Under the pieces are notes generated by a model. The model made no database searches. It worked only from the letters and a program-made list of their open reading frames with translations, and had not been told where the DNA came from. Both the position numbers and the translations under genes were made by a program. A stretch of 36,589 nt of DNA, taken from the NCBI GenBank assembly GCA_008636045.1, contig SNRW01000041.1, positions 1-36,589 of the forward strand, in the 5' to 3' direction. Shown piece after piece: positions 12,201 through 27,351 of this stretch. Every line of letters starts with the position of its first letter. Positions within the stretch are counted from its first letter, which is position 1. Source of the DNA: Streblomastix strix. Taxonomy: Eukaryota.

Positions 12201-15200
12201 TCATTTAAGATGTACTGTTGATTCAATGAGTGTAAGCATCCGACTCAACACAGTAAGTAACATCTCCAAGTAAGCTTGTTTCGCTTGACTAAAGAATGGC
12301 TGCCCGAAAAATAGAAATTCCCTATTAAAAATGTTATTAAATAAAAATTAAAAAGCAAAAAATGTTAAAAACAATAATAGAGTAATTATAATAAACAAAG
12401 TTAAACCTCAGAAGTGAATCAATAACAGCTCCAACAACAATTACATCTCCGAGAGTAAAAATATTGTTATAATCCCAGAGAATGCTTCCAATAAATTATT
12501 AATTTTCGGTCAATTCTTATACTTTTTTATTTTCCTTCTAATTACAATCTTTTAATCCATCAATTGAGAATACTCCAAGAAGTGAAATAAATGCAGGGTG
12601 TTTCAAATGGGGATTCAAAGCATGACTGTCCAAACCAAATCGTGAGCTGAATGGTGACATGGATGTTAATTGAGTTGCAAGAGGAAGACTAACAAACTTA
12701 ACTACTCTTTCTATAAATGAATGACTAAGTTTCATATTATTCAGTTATTATTCTAAATATTACTCATATTTCTTAATATCTCCCATTACTCCATGATTTA
12801 TATTAACAAATTAACTCTCCTCGAATATTTCACTTTCTTTTGAGTCTACAATGCAGCTACGAATATTCTGTATGATTCCAATCTTAGGATCATATTTAAG
12901 CTCTTTCCTGGTGAGTGTCAGATCAGTGATTGTGTGTGGAATGTCTCCAGGCGGAGGTGGAACTGATTTCACCCATCCTCGATTAATAAGAAGATGAAGA
13001 AGACTTCAAATGTTTTTATGTAAGAAATTAGAAAAAGAAAAAGGAGATAAATTATATTAATAATTTGAAAGGAAAGAGTAAATAATATTTGATGGGAAAT
13101 TTTCAAAGGCAAACTGTTCATCATTATCATTTGTATCATGTTCCAAATTTTGTTCTACAGCTTTTTCTTTCGCATTAGCTTAATCTTTATTCATTTTATT
13201 TTCATTTTAAATCTCTTTCTTCTCATCTTTGCTAATTTATTCATATTCCTTATTATTAAACAATCCAAGTTCCTTTCCAAGAAGAACAATTATTTTCTTT
13301 ACACTTGATGTGTGATCTTCACCAATGTTATATATCTTCAATTCACAATCATTCACTTTCTATCGATTAATGCCAGAGATTACACTAAGACTAATATAAT
13401 AAGATAAAATAAATAAATAAAATTAATTAATTAATTAATTAATAAAATAAATAAATAAATAATAATATAATATGTGACTATTATTATATATTAATATAAC
13501 AATTTATTATAATATACATTAACTATACCATATTCCCTCCACAACATCAAATACAGAAGTATAATCCCTCTTAAACTCCCCATCCCCATACATAGTGAGT
13601 ACTCTCTATCCTTTAGATCTGAGCATAGACACAAATTAAGATATTGCCATATCTGGTCTCCCAATGTCTGAGCACCCAAGCATTGGCCCATTGCAGGTGA
13701 AGAATCTGAGTCCTGTGAGAGATATTGAATGAGGAGGAGAATATTGGGATGTTGATTATGATTATGATTATGTTTACAGTTGAGATTGTTGTTGATGTTG
13801 TTGTAGTTGTTGTTCTAATTATTGTTTCATTTTTCTTCCAAGATCAGCGGCAAACTTTTCATTAAGGACCTGAAATATAATGGGAAATATTAATATTAAT
13901 AAATAAATAAAAATTGTTATTTTAATTAATTATCCATTACAACTATAAAACTACCTTTGTTTCTCCATAAAAACTTTCAGGCGGAGCCAATTCAAGAGTT
14001 TCAGAGCATATTCCATCCTTCATTTTCCCATAAACAGCGCTACTTGATGCAAATACAATGTTCTGCGTATTCAACTCAATTCCCAAACGAAACACGTTTT
14101 CAGTCCCCAAAACATTCTCTGAGTAAAAAAGATCAGGTTCGAGCATTGATGGACGGACACCAGCACGTGCAGCTAAATGAATGATTATTGGATTAGATTA
14201 TTGAGATGTAGATTATTATTAATGATGTTGTTGGTGTTGTTATTAGTTATTATTCCAACCCATATCATGAAGAGCTTACTATACTTTCTATGAAAGAGAA
14301 TTATAATCTCTAATATCTGCATAAATAAAAGTGAAATTTGATAGAATTTCATCTTCTTATATTATAATATCATCATCTTCTTATTCATTAATAATGTCAT
14401 TCTATAATATTCTTTCTTATTTATCCGTTTACTCATCATTTTACTCCTTTTACTCATTTTATTATAAATTCAATTATTTAAACTTCTCCATTTTCTTCAC
14501 CAATCTATTTCCACATGATCTGCTGATCTCCTCTAATCTTCCAATGCTGTGCATCTTAATTGAACATTAGTAATAATCATTCCAGCTGTCAATAGCAACA
14601 ACATTAGCTCCACATTTGAGTAGCACAGTTATAAGCCAGGATCCGATCATTCCAGCTCCTCCTGTTACTATTACATATTATCCTTATAGGAATGAGAATT
14701 GATTTGGAAGTGATGATGATGATGATGATGATGATGAAGATTATATTAATTATGATGATTATGAAGGTTAAGTTTATTATGTTTATTAATATGATGGTAA
14801 ATTACTCACTGATGGATGAAGTCGGATGAATTGAGTCATTTTTCTTAATTATCTTATATCATTGATTAATGTGAAAAGAATTGGTTTTGGAGGAAATATT
14901 GATGTTAAATGAGTAAGTTTTTCTGTTTATTATTATGATGATGGTTAAGAAGAAGATATTATTTATTATTGTTCATTAATTTCTTTATCCTGATCTTCCA
15001 CGCTTATCTTTTCAATAGATGAAACTTTCTCAATTATTTATTAATATGCAGATTTAATTGCTGGAATTGAATATGGATATTAGACAAAACATAGAAGCAA
15101 AGGTTTAAGAAGAGAAAAAATGCTGAAATTTGATTTATTATTTTTAGTTTTGTTTTGAATTTATGATTATTTTCCTTCTTTATCTTATTCATTCAATTAG

Positions 15201-17525
15201 TCATTCTCATTCTAATCAAATTTCATTAGAGATACTTTCTTCATTATTTTCTTCAATAATTAATCAACTGGATTTATTTATTACTATTTGAGATTATCAA
15301 TTGATGAATTAACAGTAAGAGAATGTTCAATATGAATATTGAGATATGGAAGAAGTTAATGAAGTGGGAAGACGCATGCACCTCCTGAAGTCCCAAATCT
15401 ATCCTATTCATTTATTTATTTACTTATTCTTTCATCTTTGTTATTATTAAAATCTTTCTGAGATATAGACTGATATAATAATAAAAACATAATATAATAT
15501 TTATTATTAAAATAAATTTATTATCAAGATATAAATAAATATTATATAATTCACACAATTTCAATCAATTTATCTCCATCAATAACTTTATATCTATATT
15601 TATCTTTAATTATTTATTATTCTATTTCTAATTATTCTTTATCATCAACATTATCATTAGTTAACCTTATATTTGTATTGTTTATTATTTCATCAATTTC
15701 ATTATTTGTTTTAATTAATTCCCATATTTCCATTTCTTATTCATTTTTATTCTCAGTCTTAATTTTATTTATTCTGGAATGAATGAGACTAAATGTTGAT
15801 GAATGTAATATATGAGCCATATTAATAAGCGAATTAATGACCTATTTATGAAAAATAATAAAGTGTTAAATAATAATGAAAAAAATATAAAACGATATTA
15901 ATTTAAAAATATTAAAAAACAACATTAACGTATTAAATAATTAAATAATAAAATACATCAATTTCTTTATTGTCTTCGAGATCTTTAATAAAATATTATT
16001 CTTTCAACTGATCTATTTAATTATTTAATTATGGAAATCTTTATTTAATCTTCTGAAGTGTAGTTTTTCCAATTCTTTCAATTTTGAATTAATTTTATTA
16101 TATTATTTATTATTTATTTTATTTTTAATTTTCAATATGTTGAATATATTCTAATTTATTTTCATTTTAATTAATAGTAATATTGAATCCAATTTCTTAC
16201 CTTAATTCTTAAAGAATTTAAGATAGAATAATTCCCCCACCAAATCGAATAAATCTTAAATTAGATAATCTTCCACAATCAATAATTTCATTAATCATCC
16301 AATTATCAAATTATACACTATTCTTATTATATTCACTTAGGTACTATTTGTTTAAGTGAAAAGAAAATAAAAGAAATAATAAAATAGAAATTATATGAAT
16401 TAATAATATAAATAATAATGAAATAAATAATAAATAATTGATTTATACCTGTTTCAGAAGAAGTAGTCCCAAATCTGCCTCGAAATGGAATTAATCAATT
16501 CATCTCAATTAATTCTCATTTAATGTACAAATGAGTTTCGAATTTATCTCAATGCATTTAAAGTTATTAAAAATATTTATATCTTATTATTAATCTGAAT
16601 TTTTATCTTCATTTTAATTATATTCTTTATTTTAATCAAATTATTAAAATGAGAAAGGAATATAAATTGGTGAATTATTACATTCATGAATATTACTACG
16701 TCTAAAATGAATAAATGAGTTTGCCGATCCAATAATTGAAGTTTCAATTAGATTTTCATTGATTTCATATGAAATATGATTTGTTTTCTTATATATCTAA
16801 GATATTCCTAATTAAACAATTCATTTCATTTATGAAATTGAAGCAGAAATACCATTCAAATGAAGAATAACTAATATTGTAGTTAATATAATAATGAATT
16901 ATTCAGAATGCTCATAATATATTGGAATATCACTAAATGAATGCATATGAATATATTTCAATGGAGTTTTCAACGAGAAATATGAATTGATAATACAACA
17001 GATTTATTCAAATATTTATTGGTTAATCTTTCCTGTTAATGAAGACTTGATAATAATAAAAATAATTAATAAATGAAACATAAATAATGAATATACATGT
17101 GTTGAATCAGCACAATAAACTGCAATAATTTCTCTATCAGTATTAAATGCTGAAAAAGGTTATTTCTAATTTTGGAAAACATAACTCTTGCCTCTAAAAA
17201 CAAAACAACGAAATAGAAGAAAAGAAATTTAATATGAAATATATACTCAAATTGTAATGGAAGTGGACATCGAAGGAGAAAAATCTTTGATAAATCTGTA
17301 TTATCTAACTAAATTTTAGAATGAGTACAAAATGTTGTAATTGCTTCGTGAATTTTATCAAGCTTTCCATCAATTTACTCTTTGTATGAATAGCAGAACT
17401 GGATCATCTCAGTAGAATAACAAAATAAATGCTGAAATATAGTGAATAAAATAATAAAATTGGAAATTATAAGGTAGAATTAGCATAAAAAGAAAGACTG
17501 AAAAAAGTGAATTGTTTCTCGTCAT
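12201..17525 (-). CDS. Multi-exon NAD-dependent epimerase (UDP-glucuronate 4-epimerase-like SDR) with a long N-terminal region and a C-terminal extension; start codon uncertain
   Basis: Table-6 translation gives VIVTGGAGMIGS (Rossmann, ~14640-14675), IDSWNDYY, HLAARAGVRPS, FASSSAVYG, YGETK (YxxxK), GLRFFTCNGP..GRPDMA, YGDGEFKRDYT, IYNIG and PGDIPHTITD. GT-AG introns at about 12322-12406, 13391-13528 and 13870-13954, with more upstream. TGA stop at 12201-12203. The frame is continuous from the Rossmann motif to ~15468; further coding-like exons extend to ~17.5 kb. Confidence 0.8.
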
Positions 17526-17912
17526 TTAAAATATTTTTTTTTTGTTTTAAAGAAATAAAATAATTGTGTGAAGATGTATAATTATTAAAATTGAGTAAAA
17601 ACGTAAATATAATATGTAGATATTGCGTGGTTCTTAGTTTAACTTATAATTATTGTTCACAAGTTAATTCTAAAAGAATAAGTAAAATTGCTAATATTTT
17701 ACATTATATAGTTAATATTTTAAGCGTATAAATAAAGATACATTATAGAAATTGAGAAAAACGAGCTGAATGTTTTTATTTTTAGTTCGTTATTATAGAT
17801 GTTTGAAACAAAATAATACATTCAGTCAAATATTAAATTCTTATTTATCATTATATTTTACTCATTTAGTAAATTTCAATGTTAACTATTTCGTTTTTTT
17901 GAGATTTCTTCT

Positions 17913-20080
17913 TCATGCCCACTTTACTTCCTTCGCTCCTTGAATACCAGTTGGAGTGAGTGATGTGAGTTGCTTGAGTGAAATTGCTGTTACTGAATCT
18001 TAATTGTAGTAAATGGAAAACTATTTCATAATAATAAATAAATTTAAAAATTAAAATATGTTTTAAACATAAAACTGAACAGATTCAGGAAGTCCACTCA
18101 CAAAAACAGGTTACTGTTTGTTATTGATGAAGAGAATCGCAGTTCGAGGATTTGAGTTCATATTAACTTCAATAGCAACTGTGTCATCTGTTTTCATTTA
18201 TTGGTTTCCATATGTTCCATTTCCATTTTGATAAACAATTCCACTTAAAAAAAGAATAGAAAAGTAGTAAAATAAATATTTAATAACAATAAATATTTGA
18301 TTATTTCATACTTACAATGGAAATGCATGTTATCTTTGGCATCTTTTGAATAATAGAGATAAAAAGAATAATTAAATAAAATATTTAATAAATATTTATA
18401 TAAAAGACATACAAGGTTATTTGCCTGGATATTCTTCATTTGGAATTACAAGTCCAGATTTCTTCACACCAAATACTAAGAATTAAATAAAATAGTTTAA
18501 AAAATTTAAAAAAAAATATATTCAAACTGAACCATTAAATTTTATTGATTTTTATCTCGTATTTGTAAACTTCCTTTGTAATAACGGTGTTATTTGTGAA
18601 TGTTTTATATCCATTAGCTGTTGATGTATAAGTGAATTCATTATCTTTCATTGTGAATGTTCCTGGAATAGATGAAATTGAAAGTGGAATTTCAACAGTT
18701 ATTGAGTTGGAATTATTCTGAGATTATGAATCTTATTTGGGTTTGTTGAGTGTAATTTGTTGTTCAAGTTCTGATATCCGACGCTGATTTTATTCTTCTT
18801 TTCTTCTGATTTCATCATCTTTTCTTTGGATTTCATCATCTTTTCTTCGGATTTATTCATCTTTTCTTTGATTTTCTTCGTGTTCTCTAATGAATTATTC
18901 ATTCAATCTTTTGTTGTCTTCTTTAATGCGATGAATTTCATCATCTTTAACTCGATTTGATTCTTCAAGTTATTGAATTAGTTCATTTTATTCATTTTCT
19001 TTTTCTGATTAAGAAGAAGAAGAAGAAGTGATTCCTTCAATTTAAAGACATCCAAGAATTTATCGTGCTTTCCCTTTCAATTCTTTTTCTTAACATTTCA
19101 TCAATATTTCCAAACATGGAATTAATGAACTAAGTTATTCAAGACCTTCACCTTCGGCAAGTTTCAATACAACTGCAAGTAATCCTGATTTAATATAATT
19201 TGGTGTTGATTATCCTTCTAATGATTATTTATATGATGATGAAGAGGTGGAAGAAGAAGAAGAAGAAGATTATTTATTCTGAGTTAATGTTCCAATATTC
19301 AATTATTCAATAACAATTTGAATGAAATTTGTACAAAGAAGAGCTCGACGAATTTCAACTTCACTTTCAATTAATTTACACAGTTGATCACTTCCTGAAC
19401 GAGATAATACTTCATCTGATGACTAAATAAAACGAATAAATAATATAATAAAATGAATTAAAAGAAATTAAATAATAAAATATAATTAAAAACAAGAATA
19501 ATCTGAAGTGCCCAAGCTCCACATGCACATCTACAATGTTTCTTTCCTAAGACTCCAAAACGCTCTCCAAGTATCATCAACATACCAACACTCAATCCCT
19601 TTATTAATTTATGAATGATAATTAAAAATAAAACATAATAAAAATTAAATAAAAGTGCAGATAGAATTAAACAAACAAGAAGTTCAGGTGCTGCCTCTGA
19701 ACTAAGGAAGTTTTTCAGAATGCCAACAATATCTAATTGTTTTATAGTCTGTGCGCTCCGTGGAGCTATTTAAATATTAATTACAAATTTGTTTGTGCAA
19801 AAAAAGGAAAAATAAAAAATAAAAATAAAAAAATATTTATTGCCGGTTAGGCAAAGAGCAAACATAGCAATAATATATCCAATAATCGTCGAAGAGCATT
19901 AAGGTGAAGATCTTCATTCGAAGAGCGCAATTCAAAACAAAGCTGGTTAATATTCGCCTTTTAAAATAAAAATCATAAAAACTTGTCTGGAGATCGTAAA
20001 AGTTTATAAACTGTAGTTTCAACATCTAGTTCACTTGTATTGGCAGTATTTCTGTTTGTTTTTTCGGATTCTTTCTCCAT
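17913..20080 (-). CDS. Multi-exon protein: ARM-like helical N-terminus, coiled coil, C-terminal SPRY/B30.2-like beta domain
   Basis: ATG at 20078-20080 (MEKESEK..). Spliced exons give ELRSSNEDLHLNALRRLLDILL, a K/E/Q coiled coil, then FGVKKSGLVIP..GIVYQNGNGTYGNQQMKTDDTVAIEVNMNSNPRTAILFINNKQQPVFVSGLPESVQFY..KEVKWA with TGA at 17913-17915. Several 50-100 nt AT-rich GT-AG introns. Confidence 0.75.
18793..18873 (-). repeat. About 4 imperfect 21-bp coding tandem repeats ((Q/R)RKDDEI heptads) in a coiled coil
   Basis: Unit resembling ttcatcatcttttctt(t/c)ggat is repeated on the + strand; the - strand encodes QRKDEQI RRKDDEI QRKDDEI RRKEEQ. Confidence 0.8.
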
Positions 20081-20245
20081 ATTCAAAGAGTTCCAAGCTA
20101 GTTTCACAAATTAACCAAAAGCAAAAAAAAAATTTATTAATCAATTATTTTTATTGATTATAAACTTTATTATTTGGGTTTTATTTATTAAACTAATGAA
20201 TATTAATATAAACTAGTATTCTAATCCATGAATTCATTCGTTCAT

Positions 20246-22735
20246 TCAATCTTTATCCATTTGTGAACGACTTTCATCTTCTTGTTCTGATTCATCTGCA
20301 ATTACAATATTAATCATTACAGCTGCTCGTGGGAATAGTCCAGCTTCTTAGATAGTTTAATCTTCTCCAAGTTTCGTACATGGAAGTGAAATCACTTACA
20401 GTTCTTAATCAACTAACTCTGGTGCAAACTTCTTAGCTGCTGCAATTATATTCAATACTTTGTTACTTCGAAGAAATCGTCGAACAAATTGTTTCTATTC
20501 TGGAAGTCGGATTTGAATAGTTGCAACTGAATCAGAAGATGCATTCGATCCAGGTTCAGATACATAATTAACCTCGGCTTATTTACGATTCTTTTATCGC
20601 TCTAGTTCTTTTTCTTATTCTTTTTTCAATCTTTCTTATTAAATCATCAATTCTTGTTATTGTATTTATTCATATTCTCGTTTTTATCTTTCTTCTTCTT
20701 CTTTCATAGACATCTCTCGAGCTTAATCAATCATCTTACTCTCTTCATATTCATCATCTTATTATTTACGGATATTTCGGTCTTCATCAATCTACTTCAA
20801 TTTATCTTAATCAACTACATTAACAATATCAGCATCTCTTTCCACTCGATGGATCTATTGACTTTCAATATCATATATCTCATTTGGATGATGACCTTCT
20901 CCTCCAAAGAACCAAGATTCACCATGTGGTGCTGCTCCAATGAATTCTGATTATGAATAATAATCAGGATGTCCATTTCCATGTCCATGTCCATGTCCAT
21001 ATTAGAATGCTTGTTAATGAGAATTAGATTGAGATTGAGATTGAAAATGGTTACCTTATGGTGCTCGAACCGATTCTTCTCCTTATCCAAATGGATAAAT
21101 GAATCCAATATCTTCATCAATATCCATTTATCCATATTCACTTTATCCTAGCATTTATAGTGTCTTCATTTCATTGAAAGTAGTATTCGCTGTTTGAACT
21201 TTAGAAATACATTCAGATACTTTAATTTCATGTGAACTACTTCCAGCTCTTCCAAGACTTGTACTTCGAGGTAGTGCGGTATTGTTTTAGCTTGGAATTC
21301 TGTTCTTAGCATCAATCAAGTCTACAAGATATATACGTTGATGCATCATACCAAATGCTAATATACATGGTGCTACTTTACGCGTGTATGTTGGTTTTTC
21401 TTTATCACTTCCGAATTGAATACCTGCAAGTATAAAGTTCTTATCAACGCATTCTTTAAATGATCCATTGCATAATACATTCGAAATAAAATGAGATGCT
21501 TCATTTCCATATGCAACAAACAGTAGTAGCATCTTTTAAAGCAAGAATGCATGATGAAATGCTTCAGAGATCTTTCCTGTATATAAAGGTGGTTTATCAT
21601 TTGATGATGATTACTATTATATTTATAATTATCCTTATTATCCTTATAATTGAGAAGGTGGTTATGAATGATGATGATGACTCTTTGATTATTGTGATGG
21701 AATCTATGTTACTATTTTTGATATTGGTATTGGTGGACGATTTTAATTAGATGATGATGAAGATGAAGATGATGATGAAGATGATTGTTATTATTCAATA
21801 TTTTTATTGACATTATTATTAATATTATTATTATTACTGCTACTGCTTCCTTTTATAGCTTGAATTGGTACTTGTGATTTTGGAGGTAATTTATTTGAAT
21901 CAATGTTAGATCCAACATTTGTAATCATTCCATTTTATTACTTCTGCTGTATCGATTAAACATTTCTATTATGATGATCAGATGAATGATGTCCAGATGA
22001 AGATGAAGATGAATCATGATGATGAAGATGAGGAGATGGTGGTCGAATTGATGATGAAGATGATGAAGATGAAGAAGATGATGATGAAGATGAAGAACTA
22101 GATTGTGCATTTCTCATTTCTTATTCAATCGAATTAATAATCAGTTAGTTCGATCCTTGTTCTTTTTATGCTTTAAATATATCAATTAAAAGAAGATAGA
22201 TTTGAGCTTCAGTGATTTGTCCTACCAGTTTATCAGCCATTGAGATATTAGTATCTTAATTTTAAGATGTTTGTGGTATTGATTATATTTTCGGTTCAGG
22301 TTCTGGTGTTAATCGTGGTTAGTGTGGAGGTATCAATGGTTGTTATTAAGGAGGTTCATTCATTCGAGTTGAAGGTGAAGGTTATCTTTATTTTGGAACT
22401 CTATCAAATGTATGATATATTGCTGGTCCTCTATCAATTTGAGGTTAGGCTTGAGGAATTGGTTCACTTCCATGGAATGATGAATGTTATCCTGGTTCAT
22501 AAAGTATTGTAAATTCACGAGCATTCGGTGCTATATCTTTCAATCTACTATTATTTTCACTTCCTGGAACTGGGTTCATCTAAGGCTCTATAATATTAAG
22601 TGCATGCTTATTAAAGCTCGTCATGTCCATGATTTTTTGTTTAAGCTCACCTATTGTCGCACTTTCATCCAAATCAATATCCATCTGGAGAGGGTCTTCG
22701 CTTGTTTCTTCAATGATAGTGATTTTAAGTTTCAT
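20246..22735 (-). CDS. UBX-domain p97/Cdc48 adaptor, FAF1-like (ubiquitin-like, low-complexity, UAS/thioredoxin-like, coiled coil, UBX); 829 aa, intronless
   Basis: ATG 22733-22735 to TGA 20246-20248 is 2490 nt, in frame with ORF fragment 21287-21532. N-terminal MKLKITII..TIGELKQKI (UBL); KMLLLFV..FISNVLCN..VDKNFIL (UAS); IRKQQDDEYEES coiled coil; IQIRLPEQKQFVRRF..QTIQEAGLFPRAAV (UBX). Confidence 0.85.
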
Positions 22736-23563
22736 ATTTGCTTGAAACTATAGAAAATAAAGAAAAAGTTGAATATGAAGTAAGAAAATGGGAAAAAGCA
22801 AAAATTAAAATTAATTAATAAAGAGAAGAAGGATGCTGATGTTATAAAAATTAATTTTTGGTATTATGAGCATACAATATAGTATGCTATAGTAAAAGAT
22901 CAGTATTAATGTGGAAATCAATCTAGTTTTTGCATTGTTCCTATTTCTTTAACAATTAACTTTGAAAAGCAAAAACTCCTAAATTTGTAGAATTACATCA
23001 TATGCTTGGATCAATTTGTATATAAGAACATATTTGTTGATTAAAAATGTTTGTTCTAATAGTATTACAATGCAGGTGGAGTAATTATTTTTAATTGGCT
23101 GTTACCGCGTTTAGCGCTCATATATGACCTCAATTAGTATGTATATTAGAATATAATATCTGATAATGTATATTTTCTGTTAATAATACTTGTCCAAATG
23201 TTCTAAAAACCGAGAAAAAACTGTCTCAAAATTTAATTGCCCGCTTATTATTGGTTATATTTTTGAAAGATATAATGTATATAATTAGATCTTATATTTG
23301 TTTGTTAAATTTATTGCTTAGTTTATCTTATTTTCTATTCCAGATCCTTTATTTTGTGCTTTTAATCTATTTTACCTTTTCCTTTTAATCCAATGTTCTT
23401 GTTTGGTTTCAATTTGGTTCAGGAAGTGAACTTACGAAACTGTCATTTCTATCAATGGGTATGCAAATTTGTGAGGAAAAGTAATCAACAAAATTATTGA
23501 TAAATAAATATTTCAACAATTTATTAAATATTCTAATAGTAAGAGATTGAATTGCATATAATG

Positions 23564-25315
<1,752 letters not shown>

Positions 25316-25775
25316 CTAAAATATGCAAATTTATGTAAAAAATATATTTAATTAAATGGTATATTGAGAAAAATGTTTAAAATTGATCTATTGTATCCTT
25401 ATAATCACATAACAAGCATAATAAATAAATGTCGTTAAATTGGATTTAATTGTATTAATTTAAATTAAAAATGTGGTAGTTAAAAATAGTTATACGTGTA
25501 TGATAAATAAAGTACAGAGAATCACCCAAAAAACAGCTTTTTCTTTAAATGCCGCATTATACGTGTTCCAAAAGTTTTCTAAAATTTTTGTATATTTAAA
25601 TAGGTTATTAATTTTGTGCTGAATAGTATGCAAATAGGCACAAGCTGCAAAGACTCCGAGGTAATTAATTTTTTCTGCGCTATGGCGGTCGGGAACAGAA
25701 TTGCTATGAGGAATTATTGGATGAAAATAATCACTCTTTTATTCATTAAAAAATTAATTATAAACAAAAACACAA

Positions 25776-27351
25776 TCAGAAAAGCAAAACTTTAGTCTGA
25801 CCATCAATCAAAGTTGATAGAAAATGATCAGCAACTATACTTCTTATATCTATAAATAAAATATTTATAAGAAAATAATGATAAATATAATTAAATTGCA
25901 TTTCATACCATTTCTAGTATCATTCAGTGTGAAAATGCAAAAGTTCTTCTAATCATGAAACATATCTATAACAAGTAATCTCGTTCCTTATACATTAATC
26001 AATTTATTCTTAACTTCATCTAATTCATCATCATTATTATTCTCTTCTAATAGTTTCAGAATCCTATTTGGTGTTCCAACAGCTGCACGAAACCATCTTT
26101 TCTCCTTCATCATTCTCACCTGATCATCAAACTTCTGATGTTTGGAATAGAGCATCGCAATGTCATATTCATTTTCATATGTTCCTTCTTCAGTTTATTT
26201 CGTTATTAAATTAATGTCCTTCCTTTATTATGAAGGTTTTATTCTCTAATTTTATTCTTCTTCTTCATTATTTAATCTTCTTCTTTTTTATCCTTTCCCT
26301 TATTATTGATTTGAATTATCTTTTTTATTATTTATTTATTAATCTAATTTCTAATTCATTCTTGGATTGTCAGTATTTGTTTCTTATTTGACATATTTCT
26401 TCAGAACTTCAGCCATCTCCCAAGCACGTGATGAACTTGATGTTATGATGAGTATATCTATAATTACTTCATTGGTATAATGTTATATGGATTATTCATT
26501 TGTTTACATATCATCATCTTCATCTTCATCTTTATTATCTTCTTCACTTCTTTTCCTCTTCTTCTTATCAATGAGTTTGAATGCAGAAGTTCCTTATCCA
26601 GTCCAAAGCTATTAATTGTCTTCTTATTCTTAATATTCTTAAACTTCTTTCTTCTTCTATTTTTATTTTCCTTTATCTTTTTTCTTTCTATTCATAGATG
26701 TATCATATGAATGAATTACATCTACATTAACTCTTCTTGCCCATTATGCGTCAAATGAAGTGAGTATTTAAGGAAGTAATTCCAAAGGCCTGAACACAAT
26801 TCTGGATATTTGAGGTTATTGATGTAATAATGATTATATTGTTTGTTGTTAGAGTTGATCAATTGGCTGTAATGAAAGTGGAGTAATGAAGATAGAGAAG
26901 GATGGGATACTTATTTGAGTCTGTTTGGTCTTTGATTTGGCTTCATTTATCTCATCGGAAATATATTTTGATTGTGTGGCCTTATTTAAACAAATAAATT
27001 TAATGATGAATTAAATAAATAAATAAAAATTGGAAAAAATAGCTTTCATACAACGTTTTCAGCCGAGACAACAAAATCAAGCTTTTGAGCAAGTTCTTTG
27101 GCTACTCTTTCTCTCCGTTTTATTTTCATTTTCTCCCTCCTCTTTTTAGCTTTCGTGTTTTCACTCTCCGCAAATGGAAGGTTTTCAACAATACTTTTTT
27201 CTTTATGTTCTGATGTTTCATGGTTATTTATTTACTCTTAATCTGAATCAGAGCTTTATAATAACTCATCTGGTATATATAAATCGTCAACGTCATCACC
27301 ACCGAGAGAGTTTGGGACTTGGTTTTGCGATTGCTTTTTTCGCTTAGCCAT
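25776..27351 (-). CDS. CMS1: Cms1/CMSS1 90S pre-ribosome factor (degenerate RecA/DEAD-like domain), 3 exons
   Basis: ATG 27349-27351 (MAKRKK..GDDVDDLY); introns at ~26981-27051 and ~25850-25908. Family motifs ILIITSSSSRAWEM, IAMLYSKHQKFDDQV, AAVGTPNRILKLL, LLIDMFHDQKNFCIF and C-terminal TKVLLF; TGA at 25776-25778. Confidence 0.85.

Noticed and set aside
13391..13528. (TTAA)n/(AAAT)n palindromic tract as a MITE or regulatory element
   Set aside because: Simple-sequence content of an AT-rich intron; no TIR/TSD structure.
23000..23140. Possible hairpins between the UBX and AMPK genes (AGAACA..TGTTCT; AATTG..CAATT)
   Set aside because: Short AT-rich stems expected by chance; no convincing boxes.
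25640..25715. U4, U1 or SRP RNA identity for the GC-rich island (CTGCGCTATGGCGGT, ATTACCT, GGTCGGGAAC resemblances)
   Set aside because: Only short partial matches; the expected downstream stems and Sm-site context were not found.
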